A DNA stretch of 64,000 nucleotides from Bacillota bacterium (GTDB taxonomy: Bacteria; Bacillota; Sulfobacillia; Fermentithermobacillales; Fermentithermobacillaceae), in the NCBI GenBank assembly GCA_033809515.1, contig JAPXLN010000001.1, positions 158,101 through 222,100 on the forward strand, given 5' to 3'. Every line of letters begins with the position of its first letter. Position 1 is the first letter of the stretch. The notes beneath the pieces are model-generated. The model was not told where the DNA came from, searched no databases, and worked only from the letters and a program-made list of their open reading frames with translations. A program made the position numbers and the translations under genes. Shown one piece after another: positions 35,042 through 43,789 of this stretch.

Positions 35042-37615
35042 TTGATCTTGACCGGATCCCTGTCACGGTTCAGGAAGGCACGGACCTGTGTCCCTGGCTC
35101 CTACCGGAAACTGGGCGCTCTTGCCCTAATTGCAGCTACGATTCTGATGTTAGGAACAATCCTGGTGCCGTCCAAAACCGTTCGGGTCCTGGCCGCTCAA
35201 GCAGAAGACTTTCCGACCCCGAGTCAACTGGCCAGCGAAATAAGAAGCAAGTTTCCTGACAGGAAGACAGGAACGCCCGCATGCAGGGATTTCCTTCAGT
35301 CAGCCTCTTTATTCCTGCGGGAATACGGGTGGTTTACAGACGGGATGAGCTACTCTGTTATGATGAGATCTCAGGATCATAAAGGAACCGACATCACCTT
35401 CATGAAGGTTTCCGGAGACAACCTTCTTGCCACAAGGGTTCCGGCAGCTTCCATAGAAATCATTGACTTGCTGGTGGTCGCTCCCTACGATACTCTTTTT
35501 GCCGAAAACCCTCATGAAGGCATTTACCCTTCCCATACTTGTGGTGCAGCCGGCATCCTGCTAGCGCTGGCCGGACAGCCAAATGGGGCCAAAGACGGCA
35601 TAGCGCTGGCCTTAGTCTCAGGCCATCACCAGTATGGGGCAGGCATTGAGAGCCTCCTTTACGACCTTGTTAGCAGGCGAGGCATACGAATCAACGCTGC
35701 CATGGTCATAGGAGATGTTTGGACAACCCACGGCGTAGCGCTGGTGCCAAACGGAAACCCTCCTGCCGGCATGGTTGCTCAGGTCTATAATGCATGCCGC
35801 CAGGCGGGCCTGTCGGTCTTTCTGGCCGGGGAAAAGTGGCGGAGTGCATGGTACCTGGAAAGCACCAGGCCGCCTGTGACCTACCCTATTCCACAAGCCT
35901 TTCTGGACAAAGGAGATTTCCTGGGTGAAGGCGAGTCCATAGCTAAGGTAGGCATACCGACCGTTACCGTCGGGCTTCCGAGATCATACCGGCCGTTCCC
36001 CTCCCAGGACAGGGTCGTCGAGACCAAAACCGCAGGGATCGCCCAAGCTTTTGATCTGCTCCTTGCTCCGTCTTCGTTGGACCAGAGCCTGACCTGTGAC
36101 GGCCCGGGCGCCCTCGATATGGTGCTTGTCCCTTTCATGGGCAAGCTTCTGATTGTCCCAGCCGTCTCGGCCAGAACAGCCGCTGCCGTTGTATTTGGTG
36201 TCGGCCTTTTGGTACTGTTTTTCTGCCGGGATATCCTTCAGGAACTTGGCAGGCTAGCTCTGCTCGCCGGTGCCTTTCTCGCCTGCCTCCTGGCACACAT
36301 GATAAGAGCTCTTTGCCTGGCAATCGGAAACACCCGGTACCCCTCCTTAGCTTACCCGGGCAGATCCATCATGCTATATGTCTTGTTGGTCGCCCTCCTT
36401 ATTCTGCTGGGGTTTTTGCGGATCTGGAGCGTAAGAACACGGATATACAATTTGCACACAGGCGCCGAAACAGCGGTAACTGCAGCGCCCCGGGGGGCAA
36501 GCGGCAAAGAGCACTTTGCCCTTGGGAATGCCTGGGGGCTGGCGGTAATGACCGCTGTTCTTGCAGGGTTGACTATAGCCGGCCCGCAGCTGGCTCCGTT
36601 TGCATGTGTTTCGGTCCTGGCTTTGTGCATAGGCCTTGTCCTTGAGGCTCACCAGAGGACCCTGGGCAAGCTTTCAACCGGCGTACTGTGGCTGGAAAGA
36701 GTTCTGGGGTTGGTGCCCGCAGTCATGTTTTTCACCTGGGCGGGGCTTCCCTGGAATCCGGACTCACAAGCTGCCTACCTGAGCACATGGCAGCGGCTGA
36801 GCCCTGAAAACATGTCTCTTACCCTGGCCTTTGCCGTTTCAATATGCTGTTTCCTCTCTACACTGAAGTTTCCCCGGCCTCTCCCCAAATCTAGGCAGGG
36901 TGTACTACGTATGTCAGAGGTCATGGCGCTGGCATGTCTGCTATGTGCATGTGGTTTTTTTCCAAAGTCCCTTCCGGCTAACGTACCGGTCAGCGCTCTT
37001 GTGCAGGAATTTGCCGGCAGCGATACTCAAGTGACCGTCACTGCCATGCGCCCCCTGGGAAACCTCGCCCTGGAGGTTCAGCCTTCGCCCTCAAGCAGCG
37101 AGAGCGCCAGGAACGTTCAGGACCGAACCGGTTCGGTATCCCTGAGACTGCCCGGTGTCAACACAACTAAGCTAACAAGCCTGTCCCACTCCCTATCTTT
37201 GAAGGAAGACCGTAACACTTCAAAGAGCGAAGTTCTTGAGGCCAGGGTCCAGGCAAGTTTCCCGCAATTGCCTACCTTCTATGTCCTGAGTCTGAAAGAC
37301 TCGCCATACGGACGAGGAACTCAGTCTCCCTTCATGCTGGAAGACGTAACCCAGATTCTCGGAGAAACCGAAATGCCATCTGAAGACAGCTTCGGGATTG
37401 TGCCCAAACCAGGCTATTCCTTAAGAGTGGTATGGTGGCAGCCTGCAGAAGAAGACATGGTCACCCTGTTTAGTTTCAGAAGCGGCCTGGGGTCCAGGGC
37501 AGTCATTACCTCTCAGGCAGTCTACCTTGACAATCCAATGGTTGATCTTTCTTTGGAGGCTGAGAATGCTGCCTTCTTCCGGGCATCGATGGTAACTGCC
37601 CAATCCTCGAGGTAG
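35042..37615 (+). CDS. Large membrane protein with a degenerate M28-peptidase-like N-terminal domain
   Basis: Signal/TM; GDNLLA...LLVVAPYDT...GAAGILLALA...LALVSGHHQYGAG echoes the M28 fold; about 8 TM helices; C-terminal soluble domain; GGAGG RBS. Confidence 0.7.
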   Translation: MILTGSLSRFRKARTCVPGSYRKLGALALIAATILMLGTILVPSKTVRVLAAQAEDFPTPSQLASEIRSKFPDRKTGTPACRDFLQSASLFLREYGWFTDGMSYSVMMRSQDHKGTDITFMKVSGDNLLATRVPAASIEIIDLLVVAPYDTLFAENPHEGIYPSHTCGAAGILLALAGQPNGAKDGIALALVSGHHQYGAGIESLLYDLVSRRGIRINAAMVIGDVWTTHGVALVPNGNPPAGMVAQVYNACRQAGLSVFLAGEKWRSAWYLESTRPPVTYPIPQAFLDKGDFLGEGESIAKVGIPTVTVGLPRSYRPFPSQDRVVETKTAGIAQAFDLLLAPSSLDQSLTCDGPGALDMVLVPFMGKLLIVPAVSARTAAAVVFGVGLLVLFFCRDILQELGRLALLAGAFLACLLAHMIRALCLAIGNTRYPSLAYPGRSIMLYVLLVALLILLGFLRIWSVRTRIYNLHTGAETAVTAAPRGASGKEHFALGNAWGLAVMTAVLAGLTIAGPQLAPFACVSVLALCIGLVLEAHQRTLGKLSTGVLWLERVLGLVPAVMFFTWAGLPWNPDSQAAYLSTWQRLSPENMSLTLAFAVSICCFLSTLKFPRPLPKSRQGVLRMSEVMALACLLCACGFFPKSLPANVPVSALVQEFAGSDTQVTVTAMRPLGNLALEVQPSPSSSESARNVQDRTGSVSLRLPGVNTTKLTSLSHSLSLKEDRNTSKSEVLEARVQASFPQLPTFYVLSLKDSPYGRGTQSPFMLEDVTQILGETEMPSEDSFGIVPKPGYSLRVVWWQPAEEDMVTLFSFRSGLGSRAVITSQAVYLDNPMVDLSLEAENAAFFRASMVTAQSSR

Positions 37616-37616
37616 A

Positions 37617-37646
37617 TAAACGGAGGACAGAATCCCTGTCCTCCGT
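37617..37646. terminator. Hairpin terminator between convergent genes
   Basis: ACGGAGGACAG/CTGTCCTCCGT 11-bp stem. Confidence 0.65.
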
Positions 37647-37700
37647 CTAGACTTACCTTAATGGATTTGCCGGATCCGCTCCGTCTTGTCCTGGTCTCTT

Positions 37701-39593
37701 TCAGCTCTCGTGAGCAGGCGCTATCCTGGGCACCGGCTGCCTCAGGCCTCTTGCATCCTTTGCTTCCTCTTCGCCCTCAGCTTCTTCGCTGCCGGTTCGG
37801 AGAGGGTCACCCGAGAACTGCTTCTGGTACAGTGTGGCATAAAGACCGCCTTTTGCAATAAGCTCGTCGTGACTGCCTGATTCTTTGATTTCGCCCTGGT
37901 CTATCACATAGATCCTGTCGGCATTGCGAATAGTTGACAGCCTGTGGGCAATCACTACGGATGTACGTCCCTCGAACAGCTCCTTGAGGGCATTTTGGAT
38001 AAGAAGCTCGGTGTAAGCATCAACCGAAGAGGTAGCTTCGTCCAGTATGAGTATTCTGGGATCCGAGATCAAGGCCCTGGCAAAGGCCAGCAGCTGTCGC
38101 TGCCCTACCGAAAGACGGGAACCCCTTTCCCGTACTTCAGTGTCATACCCCTGCGGCAGTCTTTCGATGAACTCGTGAGCTCCAACAATCCTGGCAGCCT
38201 GTTCAACTTCCTCATCAGTGGCGTCAAGGCGACCGTATCTAATGTTGTCTCTGATTGTACCCGAGAAGATAAATGTGTCCTGGAGCACAATGCCGAGGTT
38301 CTCACGCAGCGACTCGAGAGTCACGTCACAGATATCCTTGTCATCAACAAGGATCCTGCCCTCTTGGGGATCGTAGAACCGGCTAAGCAAGTTGATAATT
38401 GAGCTCTTTCCTGCGCCTGTAGGACCTACAAGGGCGATAGTCTCGTCGGGCTTCGCTTCCAGTGTAATACTGTGGAGCACAGGCTGGTTCGGGTTGTAAC
38501 CAAATGTAACGTTCTCAAACCGGACATGTCCTTCAATGTACTCCAGAACTTCGGATCCTTCTTTGTTGGCTACGTTTGGAACCGTATCCAGGACTTCAAA
38601 TACTCGTTCCGCAGATACGCTGGCCTGAAGCAGTTGGTTATAGACTTGAGACAGGTTTCTGATAGGCCAGAAGAACCTGTTCACATAGTTCAGGTACGCC
38701 ATAAGGGTTCCCACGGTAACAGTGGTGTCTCCCCATGACATGCGAAGGCCACCGTAGTACACCACCAGAGCGGAGCCAATTGCCCCAATCACGTCAATCA
38801 ACGGGAAGAACACAGCATTGAGCCGGGCGGCCTGCAAGTTTGCTTCAAAGTTCTGTATGTTAGTCTCGTTAAACTTGCCGGCGTTTACGTCCTCCCTGGA
38901 AAACGCCTGTGTAATCTTCATCCCTGAAATGGTCTCCTGAAGGTTGGCGGCCACATCAGCTGAACGCCGTCTGACGTTGTGGTAGGCCCTGATCATCCGC
39001 GTCTGCATAGCCCATACCACGATAAAAAGGACAGGAACGGTGATGAAAGTAACAAGGGCCAACTTAACGTTCATCCTCAACATGACAACAACAATGCCCG
39101 CCAGAGTGACAATGTCACTCAAGATATTCAACACGCCCGACGATATCATGTTGTTTATCGATTCCACATCCCCGGTCACCCGGGACATTATCCGTCCTGC
39201 TTGAAGCTTGTCGTAGAAGTCCAACCCCAGATCCTGAAGATGCCCAAAAACTCTCTTCCTGATGCTATACAGCATCTGCTGTCCTGTCCACGACATTACA
39301 TACGTCTGTGCGAACCTGCATACGGCTATAAGAATCTGCAGCCCCATATACATGGCAACTGTAACGTACAGGCCTTTGACATCGACTGCCGGTATATTCA
39401 CGTCCACTGCTCGCCTCATCAAGAGCGGACCTTGCAGCCCAAGAAGGGACAGGGCTATCACCAGCACAATGGCAAACGCCATTTGAGGAAGGAAAGGTAC
39501 CACGAATTCCTTGAGTCTGGGCATGTGCTTAAAGTCTACTGATTTCCCTTCTATGTCGTCTAGGTCAATGCCTCTGAAACGATGACCCATCAA
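37701..39593 (-). CDS. ABC exporter, fused TMD-NBD (heterodimer subunit 2)
   Basis: GPTGAGKS, LSVGQRQ, ILDEATS, IAHRL. Confidence 0.93.
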   Translation of the reverse strand: MMGHRFRGIDLDDIEGKSVDFKHMPRLKEFVVPFLPQMAFAIVLVIALSLLGLQGPLLMRRAVDVNIPAVDVKGLYVTVAMYMGLQILIAVCRFAQTYVMSWTGQQMLYSIRKRVFGHLQDLGLDFYDKLQAGRIMSRVTGDVESINNMISSGVLNILSDIVTLAGIVVVMLRMNVKLALVTFITVPVLFIVVWAMQTRMIRAYHNVRRRSADVAANLQETISGMKITQAFSREDVNAGKFNETNIQNFEANLQAARLNAVFFPLIDVIGAIGSALVVYYGGLRMSWGDTTVTVGTLMAYLNYVNRFFWPIRNLSQVYNQLLQASVSAERVFEVLDTVPNVANKEGSEVLEYIEGHVRFENVTFGYNPNQPVLHSITLEAKPDETIALVGPTGAGKSSIINLLSRFYDPQEGRILVDDKDICDVTLESLRENLGIVLQDTFIFSGTIRDNIRYGRLDATDEEVEQAARIVGAHEFIERLPQGYDTEVRERGSRLSVGQRQLLAFARALISDPRILILDEATSSVDAYTELLIQNALKELFEGRTSVVIAHRLSTIRNADRIYVIDQGEIKESGSHDELIAKGGLYATLYQKQFSGDPLRTGSEEAEGEEEAKDARGLRQPVPRIAPAHES

Positions 39594-41365
39594 ATATCAC
39601 CGCCTTCGGCCAGAGCAACTTGCTGGTTAAACTCTTCTGCCTCCTGGCTCCTGAACTGAAGATTGTAAATAGCTGTGTAGATGCCGTCCCTGGCCAGCAG
39701 GGTCTCGTGGGTTCCCACTTCGGCAATTCTCCCCTTGTCAAGGACAATGATCCTGTCTGCATTCCGTATTGTAGACAGCCTCTGCGCAATGATGAAGGAA
39801 GTCCGGTTTTGCAGGAGCTTCCCAAAAGCTTCCTGAATCTTCATCTCCGTATCCACGTCTACGCTAGACGTAGACTCATCCAAAAGAAGAATTCTGGCAT
39901 CCATAAGAAGCGCTCTGGCTATAGCTACCCTCTGCTTTTGCCCACCCGACAGGCCCACGCCTCGTTCACCGATTACTGTGTCGTAGCCTTTGGGCAGGCT
40001 GCCTATGAAATCATCAATATGGGCAGCCTTAGCGGCAGCCCTAACTTCCTCATCGGTGGCATGAGGCTTTCCATATGCAATGTTGTCACGCAATGACGAC
40101 GAAAACAGGAATGTCTCCTGAGTGACTATTCCGATTTGCCGTCTGAGGCTCTCAACGGTGACATCCCTGATATCCAGGCCATCTATAAGAATCCTGCCTT
40201 TATTTACATCATAGAAGCGAGGGATCAGGTTTATCAGGGTGCTCTTTCCGGAACCGGTTCCGCCGAGTACAGCGATAGTCTCACCCGGCTTAGCTGAAAG
40301 GTTGATGTCTTCAAGAACCATGTGGCTTCCGTCATATGAGAAGCTCACATCCTCGAAGACCACACCTCCTTCAATCTTGGGCATGAGCTTCGCATCGGGA
40401 GCATCAGTCACTTCAGCCTGAGTATCTAGGATCTCGAAGATCCTGTCGCCTGAAGCAATAGCTTGCTGGGCAGAACTGACCCACCATCCCATCATTCTGA
40501 TAGGTCGTATAAGCTGCAAGAGAAGCTGGTTGAAAGCAAACAGCGCTCCCACTGTCATAGCGCCTGCCATGACGTCATGGCCACCCCACAGCAATATGAT
40601 CGCAAGAGAACTCTCGGTAAGCAGCGACATGAAAGACTCATTTAAAGCTGAAAGCCGGCTGGTCCGCACTCTTCTTTCCAGAAGGTTCATGTTATCGGTC
40701 TCAAACTTCTGCATCTCGTGAGCCTTGCGGGAAAAAGCCTTGACCACCCTCTGGCCTGTAATGTTTTCCTGAAGGGTTACGGTTAGGATCGCAAGCTGCT
40801 CTTGGTTCTCTCTGAACAACGGACGTATCTTCTGTGAGTAGACCTGCACACGCCAGGCCAGGAAGGGCACAGGGATCATGGCAAGCAAAGTGAGTTTCAG
40901 GTTCTTGCTGGCCATGAGAGCAAAGGTGGCTACAAGCGTCACCAAGCTTGATATGATGTCGATCATGCCTCCCGTGATAAACCGCTGTGCGGTCTCAACG
41001 TCTGAGGTGACCCTTGACATGAGCTGGCCCGTCTGCGTCTCATCGTAGAAACTGTATGACAACTGCTGCAGATGCTGGTATATGCGATTCCGGATATCGT
41101 AAATAATGCTTTGACCTGCATAAGACATGCCATAGCGCTGCAGGTATCTCAGAAACGATGACAAGAGCGCCGTACCCACTATGGCAAGTGCTCCGTATAT
41201 GAGCAGGTCGAAACGCCTTGTCTCAAGGATCCCGTCAACAATCCATTCGGTTACCAGGGGTTGAACCAAGCCCAAACCTGCCGCACACAGGACCAACACA
41301 AACCTTGTGAGGAAGAGTTTCCAGTAGGGCAATGCGAACCCCATTAGCCTACGTAACGTTTGCAA
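39590..41365 (-). CDS. ABC exporter, fused TMD-NBD (heterodimer subunit 1, non-canonical switch)
   Basis: GGTGSGKS, LSGGQKQ, LLDESTS, IAQRL (switch His replaced by Gln). Confidence 0.93.
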   Translation of the reverse strand: MQTLRRLMGFALPYWKLFLTRFVLVLCAAGLGLVQPLVTEWIVDGILETRRFDLLIYGALAIVGTALLSSFLRYLQRYGMSYAGQSIIYDIRNRIYQHLQQLSYSFYDETQTGQLMSRVTSDVETAQRFITGGMIDIISSLVTLVATFALMASKNLKLTLLAMIPVPFLAWRVQVYSQKIRPLFRENQEQLAILTVTLQENITGQRVVKAFSRKAHEMQKFETDNMNLLERRVRTSRLSALNESFMSLLTESSLAIILLWGGHDVMAGAMTVGALFAFNQLLLQLIRPIRMMGWWVSSAQQAIASGDRIFEILDTQAEVTDAPDAKLMPKIEGGVVFEDVSFSYDGSHMVLEDINLSAKPGETIAVLGGTGSGKSTLINLIPRFYDVNKGRILIDGLDIRDVTVESLRRQIGIVTQETFLFSSSLRDNIAYGKPHATDEEVRAAAKAAHIDDFIGSLPKGYDTVIGERGVGLSGGQKQRVAIARALLMDARILLLDESTSSVDVDTEMKIQEAFGKLLQNRTSFIIAQRLSTIRNADRIIVLDKGRIAEVGTHETLLARDGIYTAIYNLQFRSQEAEEFNQQVALAEGGDI

Positions 41366-41378
41366 AAAGCCGACCCTC

Positions 41379-41654
41379 CTACACTCTTTCTTTCTCCGGT
41401 TTTGCAGACTCTTCTACCATTTTGCCAAGCTGCTCTATGGTCTCCGAAAGAATCCGCGTAACCTGATCCGCCTTAATCACCACTAATCCGTTGTTGCGGT
41501 GATTCAGAAAGACCAACACCTTATCGCCGATCTCAAGCCCATACTCTTTTCGGGCTTCAGCGGGGATCACAATCTGACCTCTCTCGCCCAGAGTAGCAGC
41601 ACCGCAGAATCTGCCCCTGAGGATGTGCCCCAAATTATCGCCTCCTTTGGGCAC
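41379..41654 (-). CDS. AbrB/MazE/SpoVT family DNA-binding protein
   Basis: LGERGQIVIPAEARKEYGLEIGDKV. Confidence 0.88.
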   Translation of the reverse strand: MPKGGDNLGHILRGRFCGAATLGERGQIVIPAEARKEYGLEIGDKVLVFLNHRNNGLVVIKADQVTRILSETIEQLGKMVEESAKPEKERV

Positions 41655-41846
41655 GATGTAAATAACTCATGTAGATCATCCTAATCATGTATGTATGAGT
41701 TATTATACTTCGTCTACCGAATAGAATCGTAGCACATATTCCTTCGGGTTACAAGTATATCGCCACACGAAACTTTAACTTTCCTGACAGAAAATCCTGA
41801 GACCTCACGATCATATAGGAAAAGAAACACAGAAGGTTTCAGGTCC

Positions 41847-42623
41847 ATGTCCAAAGAAACTGATCTACCGGTGATTTCATCATTGATGTTATCGTTCATC
41901 ACATTAGGCAGCAACACAGAGACAGTTGAGTCACAGGTACGTCAAGCCAGAGACGGCCATAAGGCTGCCAGAGAGGCTTTGATAAGTGACTATACACCGT
42001 TCATACTGAAAACCGCGGCTTCGGCTGCCAGGAAGTATCTAGTGGTCGGGCGGGATGAAGAAGTGAGCGTTGCACTTATGGCGTTTAATGAAGCTATAGA
42101 CGCCTATACGAGCCCAAAACCTGGGTTCTTAGCTTTTGCAGCTACCGTAATCCGCCGGAGAATCGTAGACCATTTCAGACACAAAGCAAGGTGCCAGGAG
42201 ATACCGTTCTCATCGGTTCAAACCCAGGACGGGGATAGAACGTGGCTGCCGGACTATGCAGTCCCTGCAGCCCAGGACATAGATTGGCAGAGACTCCTTG
42301 ACCGGAGAGATGAGATCGAGAGATGGAACCATACCCTTCAGGACTATGGCCTTTCACTGAGGGACGTAGTGAGATCTACGCCAAAGCACGCCGATGCCAG
42401 GGCTCGGGCAATGAACATTGCATCTTTTGTCGCAAGGGATCCCTCATTGAAAGGGGTGTTCCTCAGCCAGCGGCGCTTACCGCTGGACAGTATCTTGTGC
42501 CGTATTCCCCAGGAACTCAAAGTGTCGCGCAAGACTCTGGAACGACAAAAGATTTACATTACAGCTATCGCTGTGGTCCTGGTCTACGATTTCCCTGCTA
42601 TCTGCGAATTTCTCGACGCGTAG
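41847..42623 (+). CDS. sigI: RNA polymerase sigma-I factor
   Basis: YTPFI, DEEVSVALMAFNEAI, FAATVIRRRIVDHFR, PKHADAR, VSRKTLER. Confidence 0.9.
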   Translation: MSKETDLPVISSLMLSFITLGSNTETVESQVRQARDGHKAAREALISDYTPFILKTAASAARKYLVVGRDEEVSVALMAFNEAIDAYTSPKPGFLAFAATVIRRRIVDHFRHKARCQEIPFSSVQTQDGDRTWLPDYAVPAAQDIDWQRLLDRRDEIERWNHTLQDYGLSLRDVVRSTPKHADARARAMNIASFVARDPSLKGVFLSQRRLPLDSILCRIPQELKVSRKTLERQKIYITAIAVVLVYDFPAICEFLDA

Positions 42624-42653
42624 CTTACAGAGAAGGAAAAGCGAGGGATTCCT

Positions 42654-43706
42654 ATGGACGAAACAAGAGGGCTGGTACTTAACCGCCGGGGTAGGCGCTT
42701 AACCGTGCTTACCCCTGCAGGGAGATTCATAACCATGAGATCACCCCGAAAGGATATTATGCCCGGCGAAGAGATAGCTCTGACGCCCCCCGGGGTTTCG
42801 TGGATTCTGGCCAACCGCCTGGGGCCTGCGCTGGCCCTGTCAGCGTTGTTGCTGATCGCCTCTATGTTCGGGTGGAATAGTTACCTATCGGCAAGACCTG
42901 CCCTGGCTTATGTTACCTTTGACTCTACCTCAAGCATAGAACTGGAGGTAAATGACAGAGGGCTGGTTACATCAGCCACCAGTTTTGACAAAGGTGGAGC
43001 ATCCCTGCTCTCGGGAATTGACTATCGTCTGAAACCTGCCGGACAGGTCATAGCTGCACTGGCCGGCGCCCAGAAAGACAGCGGTTCCGAACCTCCTGAA
43101 GGCGTGATCCTGGGTATTGTCCCTGCAATGGGAGAGTCATCATCGAAGACTCTTTCCAAGCTTGATAAGATCGAACGGAAAATCATTAAGGAACTGGAAA
43201 AACTAAGCTCCGCAAGAAACGATCCTTCGCCTGACGCCCCAGGAAAACCTATTCTCCCCATAACATCTCTCAGGCTCGATATGGAGACCCGCGAAGACGC
43301 AAAAAAACTGGGCATATCTGCAGGCAGGGCTGCCTCGTGGGCCCTTTCAAAGGAACAAGCAAGACAAGTCGGACAGGATACGAAGCCCGGAGACGCAACG
43401 CCTGGACATGCAAGCACTCAGCCCGGCAGCTCTCCCTCTAAGACACCGGGAAAAGACCGGGCAACTGACGACCCTCTGACGAAGATCAAGAAGAATGTTC
43501 CTTCGGTGAATCTGGATGAGTCTATCACCGAGAAAGACGTCAAGGAACAGGCGAAGATCATAAAGGACCGCACCAAGCAATGGGTTGACCAGGTCCTTAA
43601 GGAAATGTCCAAAGACCAGAAGAACCGAAAGGACTCCAAGACCAACAAGGACAACAAGGCAGGCAAGGATAACAAGAGCTCGAAGAACAGGAAGCACACT
43701 CCTTGA
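42654..43706 (+). CDS. rsgI: Anti-sigma-I factor RsgI
   Basis: RsgI_N pattern G-x-V...VLTPAGRF...GEEI, single TM, AYV-x-x-D-x-x-SIELEVN domain, Lys-rich disordered tail; follows sigI. Confidence 0.82.
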   Translation: MDETRGLVLNRRGRRLTVLTPAGRFITMRSPRKDIMPGEEIALTPPGVSWILANRLGPALALSALLLIASMFGWNSYLSARPALAYVTFDSTSSIELEVNDRGLVTSATSFDKGGASLLSGIDYRLKPAGQVIAALAGAQKDSGSEPPEGVILGIVPAMGESSSKTLSKLDKIERKIIKELEKLSSARNDPSPDAPGKPILPITSLRLDMETREDAKKLGISAGRAASWALSKEQARQVGQDTKPGDATPGHASTQPGSSPSKTPGKDRATDDPLTKIKKNVPSVNLDESITEKDVKEQAKIIKDRTKQWVDQVLKEMSKDQKNRKDSKTNKDNKAGKDNKSSKNRKHTP

Positions 43707-43789
43707 GTTTGCACGACCCTTCCCCATCCTTGTAGAATTAGGATGGTGCGCCTTACAAGAAGACAGTGGCGCCGGGAGGGAGTTTCTTC

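Noticed and set aside
41667-41699. TCATGTA repeats upstream of the AbrB-ABC operon
   Set aside because: Plausible autoregulatory site, but too short and AT-rich to distinguish from chance
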